In this document: piece after piece, positions 22,877 to 34,948 of the stretch | How positions within the stretch are numbered: the stretch's first letter is position 1 | How the letters are laid out: the number at the start of each line of letters is the position of its first letter | From: Guillardia theta CCMP2712 | Taxonomy: Eukaryota; Protista; Cryptophyta | Direction of reading: 5' to 3' | DNA: 45,149 bases | Assembly (NCBI RefSeq): GCF_000315625.1 | Contig: NW_005434548.1 | Span: 49,696 to 94,844, forward strand | The notes under the pieces: model-generated | The model's database searches: none | What the model saw: only the letters and a program-made list of their open reading frames with translations | Told to the model about the DNA's origin: nothing | Translations under genes and position numbers: made by a program

Positions 22877-24137
22877 CGATGATGATGATGATGATGATGA
22901 CGACGACGATGATGATGATGATGATGATGACGACGACGATGATGATGATGATGGAGATGATGACGATGACTAGCCGATGAAATTTTGAAAGCTGTCAACG
23001 GTGTTTGTCGGACTCGGTGACCCCCTTTTTATGGTTATCCAGGTACCCACAAGTGCAGGCAGCGATAAACTTTGCTATGAAGGAGTTGATAGCTAAGGTA
23101 CGGATCCCTTGCCGCTCTTCCACCCTTGCCGCTCCTCGTGCTCACTTGAACCTCTTACCTCTTCTCTTACTGTCAGAGACCGGCCGATCCTTTCTCTTTC
23201 CTATCAGAGAAGCTAAGGGAGGCGAACATTTTCATCAAGGTCGAGGCGATCCACATGAGGAATTGTGCCATGAAGATTCAAGCAAGGGTTCTCTGCCCTC
23301 CTCTTCCTGCCCCCTGGGCTGATCCCTCGAGCGTGCAGGCCCGGGGCATGAGGGATCGGCAGAAGGTGGCGCGGCAGAAGGAGACCAAGGCGAAGGAAGC
23401 AGCAGCTCTCAAGATTCAGAGCCGTCAGCGGGGGATCAAGGCCAGGGAAATGTGAGAGGAGGGTGGGAGGGGATCCTGCCTGAGGCTTCAGGGGTTGCAG
23501 AAGCAAGCACAGGAGGAGCAACATGCTCGTCTGGTTGTACGGGCTCTTCGAGAGGATACGAAACAAGCAGGTGCTGCTAACAGCAATGTCTGCCCTCTTT
23601 CCCTGCTGCTGCTACTTTACATAATCATGTTTATGGACGAGCAGGGTGTGGAGAGTCAAGTCCTGATGAAGTATTTGCAATGGTGCATCCAGCCTCCTTC
23701 CTCTCAACCGCTGACTCTTCTTCTTGCCAGTGACCCTGACACCGTCCAGTCCCTCGACCTTCCCAGAAAGTGCGAGGGCAGGAGGCAGGAGGATGTTGGC
23801 TCTTACGTCCTCTCTCGCAGATACTACACGTACCCTAGCTTCTTCCAACAAAATGCCACCGCAGCCATTCCTGTCCTCGCAGAGACTCCATCCAAGGTTC
23901 GTCTACCTCGACACCTGACTCCTCCTCCTCATTCTCCCTGCAGACTCTTGACTGGAGTGACTTCTCTGCCCTCTTCGGTCTGAGCCCAGAAGAAGCAGAG
24001 GAGACGCGCAAGCAGCATGCGGCTGTGCAGATCCAGGCAACTTCGAGCATCTCAGAGCTGCGGGAAACTGACGGGGAGGGGCGGTGCAGGCGATTCAGCG
24101 AGGACGAAGGACGAGAGAAACGATGAAGAACAAGTAG
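22683..24137 (+). CDS. Dpy-30/RIIa-like dimerization-docking domain + IQ-motif protein (possibly flagellar)
   Basis: Spliced MSGKAISESFDTYTKMYPQVQAAINFAMKELIAKRPADPFLFLSEKL (D/D-like). Three IQ motifs: KIQARARGMRDR, KIQSRQRGIKAR, QIQAIQRGRRTR. Stop TAG at 24135-24137. Confidence 0.75.
22734..22970. repeat. (GAT)n microsatellite inside intron 1 of the IQ gene
   Basis: Imperfect GAT/GAC array between the donor at ~22730 and the acceptor at 23042. Confidence 0.95.
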
Positions 24138-24439
24138 CCGCATGTAACAAGAGGAGAAGAACTTCCTAGAAGTAGAAGGCTCTTCCGGACGGGACGCCGT
24201 GCGCGTTCTGTAGAATGAGATGTCAGAGCAGGAGAGGGAGGGAGGATGGAGACAAAGAAGGAGACGAGGAGGAAGAGAAAGAAGGGGATGGGTTGGAAGA
24301 GCAAAAGGAGGAGAAGGAGGAGGGAAGAAGAGGAGGACTTCGTGGTCCATACATGGACGGGCTGGGGTTCGATCTTGGCATGGTAACGAGGGCTCTCTAC
24401 TGGAGGCGTCAGGCACAGAGCTAGCTGTATCTCACGGCG

Positions 24440-27190
24440 CGTCACCTGCGATCACGCACGTCGTGTACGGATCTCGCTCCTCCCTCTCCTCCCGCCTGGG
24501 CTGCGCAGGAGCCGTCATGTAGTGCTGCGGGACGTTGTGGGCGACCCGGGGAGCCATCTGACCCTGCCATGTCCGCGTCAAGAGCAGCAGAGATCCCCCC
24601 TCCTCCTCGTCCCTTGGTTGTCCTGCTCCTCCTCTACCTCACCTGCACTGCTCTGTTGAACGTCTGGTTGATGTTCCCGAGCAAGTTCACTCCCGCGCTC
24701 ATCCAGGCTGCCTGCAGGGACTGGGAGGGAGTGAGGGAGGAGGGGGCGGCAGGGAGGAGCAGGGGACCTGAGGGAGCGAAGATCTCTGACCCCCAGCATC
24801 TTCTTGCATCCTGAACTGCCGGAGGAGCTGAGGAGGAGGAGGGCCGCTGACGGGGCGGGGGACGGCAGAGGGGATGTGCATCCAGGACCTGACGTTGTCC
24901 TCCAGCGACTGACGCGCCGACTGGTGGACGTTGGCGCTAGTCTGGAAGCGACCGAAGGGGTGGAGTAAGAGACCTTGTAGCCGACGAGCTCGGTCTGCGC
25001 CAGGGAGGCGAAGTGGCGGATGATCTGAACGCAGATCCTCATGTTGGGGGCGCGGAAGAGGTTGAGGCGGCAGAAAGAGCCGCCGGGGCAGGGCGTCCCC
25101 TCCATGAGCCTTGCGCACTCCTGCAGAGACAGTCCTGCGAACACAGCAAGTCACACCGACCCTGCACCTCCTGCCTCCTCTCCCTCTGTTCCTTCTTCCC
25201 ACCTTGCAGCCACACGTTGTCGACAGCCTCGATCACATCCTCGACCATGAGCTGCTTAGAGAGGAAGGCGGGGCCATTGGGGTGCATCCCAGCTATCCGA
25301 ACCCTCTCCGAGTGGTCCCTCGAGACCTGCAGGCCCAGGGAAGGAACGTCGAGGCTGTTCGGGGGGCCGGAGGAGCGGATGCTGTTCTGCGAGGAGAGGA
25401 GAGGAGGCATGTTGTAGCTCTGCACGTTCTCGATCATCTGCTTCATACGCATCTCAAGTTTGCTCCTCAGCCTCATGTTGGAGTGAGTGAGTGGCAGGGA
25501 GCTCCCGATCACGCACTCGTAGTTGAAGATGGCCTCTGTGAGGAGAGCACACGCGTACTTGAGCTCGGAGAGGTCGATCAGGTCCTTGAACGCTGCCTCC
25601 AGCCCAATCTGCGTCGCCTGCTCCAGCTCTCGCCTCGCCTCCGTCAGCCTCTTGCTCCTGCGGCTCTGCGTGAGGGCAGCAGACTGCACGTCTGCTAGCT
25701 GGGGCCTTGCAGGCACCATCAGCTCGGGGATCACAGCTCGCTCCGCCAGGATCTCTGCGTTGACCGCAGCCGTTGGCACTCCCGCGTGAGGCTGCGACGT
25801 CGACGAGTCAACCTCCGGGGAGGCGCCGCGGTGCCGGAGGATGGACGCGGCCTTGACGATGGGCTGGGAGATCCGACGGTCCAAGGACTGCCTGATCTCC
25901 GACGAAGTGTTCCCGTAGAGGTCCTGCTCCTCCAGCTTGCTCGAGCCCATCACCGTCTGGATCCGCCGCTCCACAGCCTCTCGGCTGTCGAGCTCCTCGT
26001 TGAAGGACCTCCTGAGCGACCCGGCGATGCTCGTTGGAGTCTTGACAGGGACCCAAGTCGACTGCGGCGTCTCTGACCGCTGCCTCTGCTCGTGCCCCTC
26101 AGCTCCCATCGGCGACATGGACAGTCTCATCCCAGCGCGCGGCTGCTGCTCAGCCTCCCTCGCGCTCTCTGCCCCACCCGTCGCTCCCATCACTGTCTCG
26201 ACCCGACGCTCCACAGCCTCTCGGCTGTCGAGCTCCCTTGCCGCCCCGATCATGCCTTGCAGTCTCAGTCCTGCCAATCCACCTGCCTCCTCCTCGTCCT
26301 TCCCCGTCCTCATCTCAGCCCTGTCTGCGCTTCCTGGCGCGTCAACCTGGTCGGCGGCTGAGGGGCTGACGGTAACGGTGAGGGACTGGCACCAGTCGTT
26401 GACGAAGGAGGAAGCGCCGCTGCCGTCAGAGGATGCATGCGCGTCTACCGCAGGAGAGCTCTCCCTTCCCGCCTCCCGATCTTGGAAGATCGAGACAGTG
26501 TCAATGCCCTTCAGCAGCCTGTCGATTCCATGCAGGATGTCGGTCAACTGTTTCGTGGCATCCGAGGCCTCCACGGTGGCTCGTTCCCTCACCAAGTGGT
26601 TGGGGGTGGATCCGACGCTGCTGATGGTGACGTCATGGGTGTAGGTCTTGCCCTCCTGTACCGCAGCCATCACAGAGAGCAGGCACGCAGCTCGAGGAGG
26701 GGGAGTTTGAGCTGGAACAAGCCTTGTTACCTTGTTCATGGCGGCGGAGCGGTCGCTGAGGCCAGCCCGATGCTCCTGCCTTGCAAGACTTGCGTTCCTC
26801 GGGGCGGACGCGTTGACGATGTTCTCCTTTACGGCCTCAAGTATCCCCTGCTGTTTGAACTGATGATCGAGACTCTTGACAGGCTCAGAGAGGTCCTGCA
26901 TGGCAAGGTCAAGAGCGCGTGCGAACCAGAGGATTTCTCCCTACCTGATCGAAGCGACTTCGGTTCTGACGCATTTCTGCGCTGCTGCACTTGATGAAGA
27001 TGGAAGGAGTTGTCATCTGCTTCGCAGGACAAGGCGCTTCTGAGAGTTGTACAGCAACCTGAACAGAAGCCACGTGTCATCCAGGGCCGATCAAAAGACG
27101 CAACAAGGTTTACAGGAGATCGGTTTGAGAAGGTCTCGTGCATGGTCGAACTGTTTGGTGGCAAGAAAAAATCGAGTTGTCCTGCCATGG
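24440..27190 (-). CDS. PDZ domain-containing protein with a long low-complexity N-terminal region; multi-exon
   Basis: Large exon in ORF 25039..26901. PDZ-like segment SLGLQVSRDHSERVRIAGMHPNGPAFLSKQLMVEDVIEAVDNVWLQ|GLSLQECARLMEG spans the intron at ~25135-25203. Both gene ends are approximate. Confidence 0.75.
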
Positions 27191-28792
27191 CAGACGATAA
27201 GACCTTGAAAGATAAGAGGAGCGACAAGTCTCAGGGTATGATGAGACGAGTTGATTGGAACATGCAGTCGAGAGACAAGATGAAATCCAAGAGTTGAAGA
27301 TCATTCGGCATGAGCCAGGACATGAAGTTGAAACATTGAAATGAAACAGCAAGTTGCAAGACATCGGAAATCTCTTGACATCAGAATCGTTTGAAATCTT
27401 TCCTTCTCTTCATGTTCTCTTGCTTGCTGTTCTACACCAACCCTGTTCAAACAAGTTCACCCCTGACTTCCTCTATCCTCTGAAACTTTCATCCCCTTGA
27501 TCCCTGCTTCGTCCTGCTCTTCTCTATTTTTCTCCCCTGACTCTCCCTGCCTGTATCACTCTCGCTCCTCTCTCCTGCCCCTCTCTCCCCACTTCCTTCC
27601 TCCACTCCCTTCCTCCCCATGTACGCCTGCATGCTCGCATGCCTACCTCCCATCCTCCTTGCTCTCTCCTCCCCTCTCTCCCTCCCTCTCTCGCATCTTT
27701 CTCGCTCCCTCGTTCAGCATCCCCTGTTCGGCTTCGTTCCTCTCGCCATTTCGGCGCCTTCCGAATTCAGAAGGGCCGTACACAGTTGAAGGGGAAAGGT
27801 ACCTTTAAGTCCCAGGAGGGTGGGGTGATACCAGGTACCCCAATCTTGTAATCGTTTGTCTCCAATATTACGTGGGTAGTATTGATAGGAGATCTTATTG
27901 TAGGGGGTGGGGGTGATGGAAGTGAATCTCGAGGAGGGGTAGGTCATACTTCAATGACGGGCCTATTAGCTAAACCCTCCAAGATTTGAAATTCAAATTT
28001 TTGAACAAGGCGGGTATGAAGCGTGTAACGGTACGGTAGCTCCGATGGTTTTTCAGTCAACCGTTCGTCAAGTTGCATTCACCGTCTACTACTACTCCCA
28101 CTACTGGTGATCATCGGATTCAGCCCGGCTGTCCGACGGTCCGGGGAGTCCGTCAAGGCTGAGAGTCCGTCACGGTCTTTGACACTTCAGCCCGGGCCCG
28201 CGGCCCTCGGCCTGGCGAGCAGTCATCAACTTGCCAAATTGATGCAAATGCTGGAGATTTTCGTAGTCCCAGTGCCCGTACAATCTGCTTACAATCGGCA
28301 TCTACCGTGACTCGAGTTGAACTTCAACCAACTTGCAACTGGAGGGTAGTCCGTCACTGACACTGACTGGCAGTGGTGCGCTGACTGTACGCGTGAAGAC
28401 CCTTCGGATGAGTCCGGCTGGCAGCTGGGGGGCAGCTGGTGTAGAAGCCTGATAAAGCCATGAAGGCTCGGAAGTGACCGTCGGTAAGGACTTGTGCCGG
28501 GTCGGACAAGCGCCGCGCGAGGTAGCTGCAGATGAGAGCAAGGAGAGAGGAAGGCAGGAGGGGGTACAGGAGAGAGGAGGTGAGCTGAGTTGAGAAGAAG
28601 CCTCGGAGGGCAAAGAGGGAGACAAGTAACAGAGCACCAGGCAAACGATCACATTCAAAGTGCTGCCCATGACTAGCTATGTAGCTCTATGGTTCCGAGC
28701 AGCCATAAGCCTTTCGCTGCGCTATTCCCTTTCCTCGGCTCATTCCGAAGCCGTTACTGGTTGTCAGTCTCCTCGAAGCCGACGCTCCTGCC

Positions 28793-28793
<1 letters not shown>

Positions 28794-28879
<86 letters not shown>
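28794..28879. repeat. (CTG)n trinucleotide microsatellite, about 28 units
   Basis: Perfect CTG array just downstream of the IMPase stop codon. Confidence 0.95.
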
Positions 28880-28880
<1 letters not shown>

Positions 28881-28944
28881 AGTTGACCGAAGGCTGCATC
28901 GGTGCCCCAGCATCCATGATGATCTTCTTGAGCTGCCACGACCG

Positions 28945-30710
28945 TTAGGTACAGATGGAGTAGATCACTTGGAAGACGAGATCCGCGACTTCATACCTAC
29001 TGCTGATCTCTGCTTCNNNNNNNNNNNNNNNNNNNNNNNNNNNNNNNNNNNNNNNNNNNNNNNNNNNNNNNNNNNNNNNNNNNNNNNNNNNNNNNNNNNN
29101 NNNNNNNNNNNNNNNNGGAGGGAGGGAGGGCTACCTGCGGTTGAATTTTTGCATTGGCCACCAGTGTCCGTCGGGCTGTGATGCTGAAGGCTGATCCATC
29201 CAGATCAGTGACCTGCAAACAAAAGGAAAGTGTCAGATCCAGGCAGGAATCGGGGGAAAAAGGAAGGCGGAAGGAGAAGAGAAGAGAGGAAAGCAACGAG
29301 GAGAGAGTAGAACGGATCGTTGGAACGAGGGGAGGGCGGGTGGGAGGAGGAAGAGAGAGAAGGAGGAGGAGATGAAATGTAGCGGGGCAACAAGGATAGG
29401 AATCGTGCTCTTCACCACTGCTCCTGCCTCTGTGCAGATCAAGAAGGCAGCTGCGACATCCCAAGGATGCATCCCCCATTCGTAGTAACTGAGGAAGGGA
29501 GGGAAGGAGCCGTCAATGGCAGCATGCAGCTGCAGGATCGAGTTCCTACCCATCCACGTTCCCAGAAGCGACCGCGCACATGTTCAGGGCACAGGAGCCA
29601 AGACAACGGAGCTGCTTGCAAGTTCAGCAGCAACGAGGCCGAAACAAACGGTCGAAATCACCGCCTGGACTGGGCTCTGAATGACCTTGTGCATAATGTC
29701 CACCTTCTTCTGCACGACCTCAGGGTCTCTGTTCGCCCCGAACTCCGTGCAGATGCAAGCAGAAGGCATGTCCTCGACCTGGGCTGCGTCATCCTCCGTG
29801 CTTCCCCGCTCACTCTCCTTCCCTCACCTGGGAGGGAGAGATCTTCTCGTCGTTCATGAAGGCTCCTTTGCCGCGGACAGCCTTGTACATCTCCTGGGTG
29901 ACCTGCCAGTCAAGGCTCAAGGAGCTTCTTCGAGCACAAGACGAGGGGTTGTACTGGATTGAACACAACGCCCACCATTGGCATCTTATCCACGACAAGT
30001 GCAACACCTGTACGTTCCTTCACCTCGAAGCATCACAGCCCATCCTGTTCGAGACTCACTGACACAAGTCCACTGCAGTCCATGCACGAAATTTGCAGTC
30101 CCGTCGATAGGGTCCACAACCTGTAAAGGCAAAAAGTGAGGAACTAAGAGGTCGCAGCTACGGATGGAGGGACCCAAGTGGGATCGTCGCTAAGGTTGTA
30201 ACTGCCCTCGAACGATTCTTCACCTAGAAACTTGTGCGTCCTGAAGGTACCCAGTCACACGGGAACGTTCAAGGGCATTGGACTGACGGGAAATGTTTGG
30301 CAATGAGGGCCCGGAGGAGGTCCTCGCAAGCGAGATCGACCTCCGTCACAGGATCAGTCAGAGACTTCTTCTTGTTCACAACATCCCTGCCGGGCGAGTC
30401 ACAAGACACGTTCATCGAGAGGGGAAGGAGAGGAGGGAGGGAGGGAGGGAGGGAGGGAGGGAGGGAGGGAGGGAGGGAGAGAGGGAGAGAGGGAGGGAGG
30501 GAACGGGGCGGGTTTGGTGGAGGAGGGGAGTGCGAAGGCTTTCAAGCGTACTTCCTAAAGCTCTTCAGGATCAGCCCTCCTGCTCCCTTCGCCCCTTCGA
30601 TCGCAACTTGAAGGGCGAGGTCAAGATCCACTTCCTGTAAACTCCCTGTCACGTCCCATTCTATGTAGAGCCAGATTAGATACCTTGGTGGCTTCTTCAG
30701 CAGCAGACAT
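28945..30710 (-). CDS. IMPA1: Inositol monophosphatase; multi-exon
   Basis: Exons encode DPVTEVDLACE, HFP..HKFLGEES, PTW|VVDPIDGTANFVHG, GVVFNP|VTQEMYKAVRGKGAFMN, CTEFG, YYEWGMHPWDVAAAFLICTEAG and VTDLDG. The last exon lies beyond a 100-N gap. Confidence 0.93.
29017..29116. other. Assembly gap (100 N)
   Basis: N run. Confidence 1.
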
Positions 30711-31459
30711 GGTCAAGAATGAACGAACTTCTGATAGGACAGCAACAGTCATGGTTGCTAAGTGTAGAGGTGGAAGGCTCAGCATATGAGGGGAAGAGAG
30801 GGTTCCGTGCGAAGGAGGCAGAGCATGTGCAGCTTTGTGATGGACCGATTCCCTTGTAGGATAGAATTTGCATGAGATAAACGAATGGAAAAGGGGGAAT
30901 CCAATCCATTCAGTGTGAAGGAAGGATACACGAAAATCAGTATGAGGAAAGTCAGGGGATGACAAATGTGCTGCATTGTAAAAGCATGCAAGTGAGGAGG
31001 AAAGGAACGCCGAGGTCATTGGATGCCAACCCGGCCATCAAGAAATTTCATGTTGGTGCGAGTGGGTAAAACAGTGAAATACGACGGCGGGAGGGGAGGG
31101 GGATGTGGCGAAAAGATCAGATGGCGCAGACAAACGCGTGAAACCACAAAGGAGGAACAAAGAATCCTGGGAAAGAATCAGCTGAGAAACGAGAGCGATC
31201 GCTTCATTGAGCTGGAGCAAAGCGGGGAAGGGTGAAGTGGGAAGTAGAGATCCGGGGCCAGGAGGGGAAAAGCGGAACAAGGAAAGGCAGAACATCGGAA
31301 GGCGGGTCAAAGCAGGAGAGGGTCATTGAGAGCAGAGGAAGGAAGGGAAGGGAGGAGCGCAGACGCGAGGAGGGAAGGGGAAGCGACTCGTGCCGGCTCC
31401 CTTTGTCCCCTTCATGGCGCATGAAGGCGTTTCCGGTACCCCATTCCCCGCTATGTGAC

Positions 31460-32135
31460 GCTGTTTCCCCGGGCCGCCCGGGCCCGCCGCTGAGCCTCCG
31501 GGTGAAAGGCTTGACTCTGTGGACAGTTGATTGCGGCGGCTCAGCCGCTTGCCAAGTTCACTGCTTCACCCGGTGAGTTGAACATCGGAATGTTCGGAGC
31601 CTACACCTTGCCCGGCGCCGGGGGCGCGGCGGGCTGCCGGCGTGAGTCGCCGTACTACCGTACGTGGGGCCCTGGCCCGGCCTCCGGGCCGCTCGTCGGA
31701 CCGTACTGAGTACGGTCGTCCCAGACAGGCTCCGGAGGCCGGGCTAAGCCTCCCGCCCGGCCCGGCGCGCCGGCCGGCCCGGCGGCCGCGTGACAGTGCG
31801 TGGCACCCGGTTACCCGGCGGCGCCGGGGGCCGGCGGCGGCGGGCCCGGGCGGCCCCCGCCGCCGGGGCCGCAGGCCGGACCGCCCGGGGCCGCCGGGGA
31901 CTCACGGTGCCAGGACTGAACTTCGGGCGTTGAACGGTCAAACTTTGGCAGTGAAATCGAGTCACCGAAATGAGTCGTTCAACACTGAATCAAAAAAAGT
32001 ATACTCGCCCACCGGTGGGCGAGTATACTCGCTCGGTGGGCGAGTATACTTACTATCGGACAGAGCCTGTAGTAAAAAGGGCCAGCTGCTGACGGACAAA
32101 AGGCTCACCGTCACCGTTCACGAGTCAAGTTAACT
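31460..32135. promoter_or_regulatory. GC-rich intergenic island upstream of IMPase, containing a perfect palindrome
   Basis: Extremely CCGG/GGCC-rich non-coding DNA; palindrome at 31998-32029. Confidence 0.45.
31998..32050. repeat. 32-bp perfect palindrome with an overlapping 17-bp direct repeat
   Basis: AGTATACTCGCCCACC|GGTGGGCGAGTATACT at 31998-32029; CGGTGGGCGAGTATACT at 32013-32029 and again at 32034-32050. Confidence 0.95.
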
Positions 32136-32239
32136 CGGCCCTTCACTGGATACAACTCAATTGCTCCTACAGGCGGCTGGAGTGAAGTAAAACTTCTTGG
32201 GAAGCTTCCACGAACGCCTTAGGTAACGTGACTGTTGCT

Positions 32240-33576
32240 GACAACTCATGACAAGAAGGCAGAGTTTTCAGCGAAAAAGACTCTCTTCGTGAAGTCTGAC
32301 ACGAAAAGGTTGTACCCGTGCCAGGCATCCCACGTGACAGACTGGAAAACGCAGCGGTCCGTGACCCCGGAAAAGGGTTGTAGGGAGCGTTCTTTCGAAG
32401 ATGCAAAGCACTGTAAATTATCCTTGAAAGCTTCACCCGCAACACATAGATCTTCCTGTGTCCTCCTGCCTTCGCTTCTCAGCATCCTGCCTGCCTGCCT
32501 GCCTGCCTTCTCCATTTCTCTTTCCTCTATGACCTCCTTCTGCTCAATACCTTTGTTCCCCTCCTGCGCTTCTTTCATGTTGTCTTCATTACCTTCCTCC
32601 TCTCATGACTGGAGTATGCCTCTCATCTCACCGCTCTCCTCCTCTCTGGGTGTCATGTCCGGCATGGAGCGAGCTGGCGTCAAGACTGTCATGGCCGTTG
32701 CAGTCATGCAGCTCGTCCTGAGCGTCTCTCTGCTTATCGCTCTTGCTCGTTTGGTCGTCGCGGCTGCCCTGTGGCTGCTGGAGGAGGAGGAGGAGGAGTT
32801 GGAGACGGAGTTGCTGAGGCATGAAAGCAGTATAGAAGCGTGGCGCAGGGGCCTGCTGGAAAGGAGGAGTGAAGTGGGAGGCTTTGATAAGAAGAAGATG
32901 CTACAGCCGCACTTCGGCCAGACGTTCAAGTTCAAACGGGTGGGGGTGAAGTGAGGAGGGGAAAGCTGAAGGGATGTAGAGTAGATTGTCTGTCATGTAA
33001 TAAACTTGAATGCACGTTTGCTCGAGGGATACTTGATTCACACTGGGTTTTGACTCTCCTGGGCTAGACAGCACACTCGGACTTTGGGTCGGTGTTTATA
33101 CAGAGCTCTGTACCCTGTACCCGCTAGTAAAAGACTCTCACTCAGTTCCGATTCCTTCCGCTTGATGCACAAGTCTGTAAGAATCTTGTGATCGAGAGCG
33201 AAGATGTGGTGAGCAAAGAGTCTTTGCCCCAGGAGATGAAGCAGGTGCAAGATCGTTCTCACAAGGTGGAGATTTTTGTTCTAGTGGTCTATCATGCCCT
33301 CGACGTTTGTGTATACAGCAGTAACTCGGCGGATTGTAGAGGTATTTGCTGACTGAACAAGACAGGAGCAAAACTCTGGATGCAACTCTTCACTCACTCC
33401 ATGCGGGTGCAAACGCTGCTTTCCTCCTGTCAGTCTTGCGCTCTAGCGACCTCCAACTTCGAGTACTGCAACTGCATCAGGCATTGTCAAGAAAGGGGCC
33501 TTCCTGCTTGGCTACAGCACAAGGCCACGTGGCTTGGACATGCTCAAGGTGGAAGGAAGAGGCAGCTGCTGTTGTC
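32240..33576 (-). CDS. Hypothetical protein (weak multi-exon model)
   Basis: Several open segments with plausible GT-AG ends on the minus strand (e.g. 33140-33350). No recognisable domain; strand and structure are uncertain. Confidence 0.3.
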
Positions 33577-33617
33577 ATTTCGCTCAGGTTTTCTTCCTCC
33601 TTTGTACGCGCTACTGC

Positions 33618-34948
33618 TTAGGACGGCAAAGCGTAGGGTAGGACTCTGCTAGCAGTGTAGGACTTTACTAGAACTCCAAGGAACCCGGGTAATCTGCATA
33701 CGTCTCCCATGATCCAACAGTGGATGCGTATCGCTGCCAGAAGGTCCGGCCCATAGACTCCTGATTGATTTTGTTTTCCTCCGCCTCCACCCGCTCCGGC
33801 CGGTACTGGTCCAGCCTGCATCATAATCAGCCCGTCCTCAAGAGTATGTGCGGCCAGCGTACCAGAGCCTCCCGCTCCTGATGATTTCGCAGTCTCTCAC
33901 CCTCAGCAGCCTCCCGTGATCCCCTGCTATCCTTCAGAACACAGCGCAAGAAGCAAACCCCAACCCCCTCCTCCTCCCTCCTCTTCGCTTCTCCTTCTTC
34001 TTGCTCTTGGTCTCCACTTTCACCTCCCTCTGCTCTCTCCCTTGTCTATATCATTTCTCCCTGAACCTTTCCCCTCCTCTCTCAGTTATCGTCCTCGTCC
34101 TCATACCTCCCTCCTCCCCCTCCCTCCCTCCTCTCTCCCTCTCTCTCCCTCACTATCTCACCAGGATGAAGAACTGAGAAAGCACAGACACAATCACGGA
34201 TGTCACAGGAGCTCATCAGCAACGAGCTCTTTCCTCCCGTGCTCACTCCCTTGGCACAGTGTTCCACCTCGCAGTCCGAGACGACAGCAACAGCATGGCC
34301 GTACACGATGAACCCGCAGCTGGCCTGATACTTCGAAGTACCTCCCACCACACACCGACGTACTCTAACTCTCGACGTGTTGCTCAGCAGCACGCAGGCG
34401 TCTTGTCGCATCTGAACCACACAGTCGCTCACATCCCACCTCCCGTCGTAGATCCATAGGTGCCCTTTAACTGTAATGTTCCTGAGCACACCGCCCGAGC
34501 CGAACGACATTCGCAGACCACCATTGAGCACGGCTCCGTCCTCTCCTACCAGATTCAGCCGCTTCGAGATGACGACAGGCTTCGAGGCATTGGGTCCTAG
34601 GAAGTGCTCTCCAGTTCGCACGAGGATAGTCTGTCCGTCCACCGCCGCCTCCACCGCCTTGGCGACTGTCGGGTAGTCATCAGGGACGAGGACAGGGCAC
34701 TCTAAAAGAGACAGGACGATGATGCGCATGATATGGTCATCCAGCGCTGAGAGGGAGCTATGCCTGCCGAGACGCTTGTGCCATGCCATAGCGACAGTGA
34801 GCGCGAGCTCTCGCAGAGTATGGTTCTCGTCTAGCTCCTCCCACTGCGGGTGATCCCTCCTTTGCTTCTCCTCTCCCTCCATCATCTCCTCTAGCTCCCT
34901 CCCTCTCCTCCTCTCCTCCTCCCTCTGTTCTCCTCCCTCTTCGTTCAT
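33618..34948 (-). CDS. Protein with an F-box/SOCS-box-like motif and right-handed parallel beta-helix (PbH1/CASH-like) repeats
   Basis: ORF 34082..34948: AMAWHKRLGRHSSLSALDDHIMRII, then VPDDYPTVAKAVEAAVDGQTILVRTGEH..VVISKRLNLVGE (pectin-lyase-fold cap) and repeated x-D-C-x-I/V strands. Short 3' exons lead to the stop at 33618. Confidence 0.75.

Noticed and set aside
22114-22998. Poly-Met and poly-His ORFs
   Set aside because: Translations of an intronic (GAT)n microsatellite; flanking splice sites give a coherent IQ gene.
28660-29181. Poly-Cys ORF (metallothionein-like)
   Set aside because: Produced by the (CTG)n repeat and read through an N gap.
31642-32133. Arg/Pro/Gly-rich ORFs in GC islands
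   Set aside because: Stop-poor GC-rich intergenic DNA without codon or domain support.
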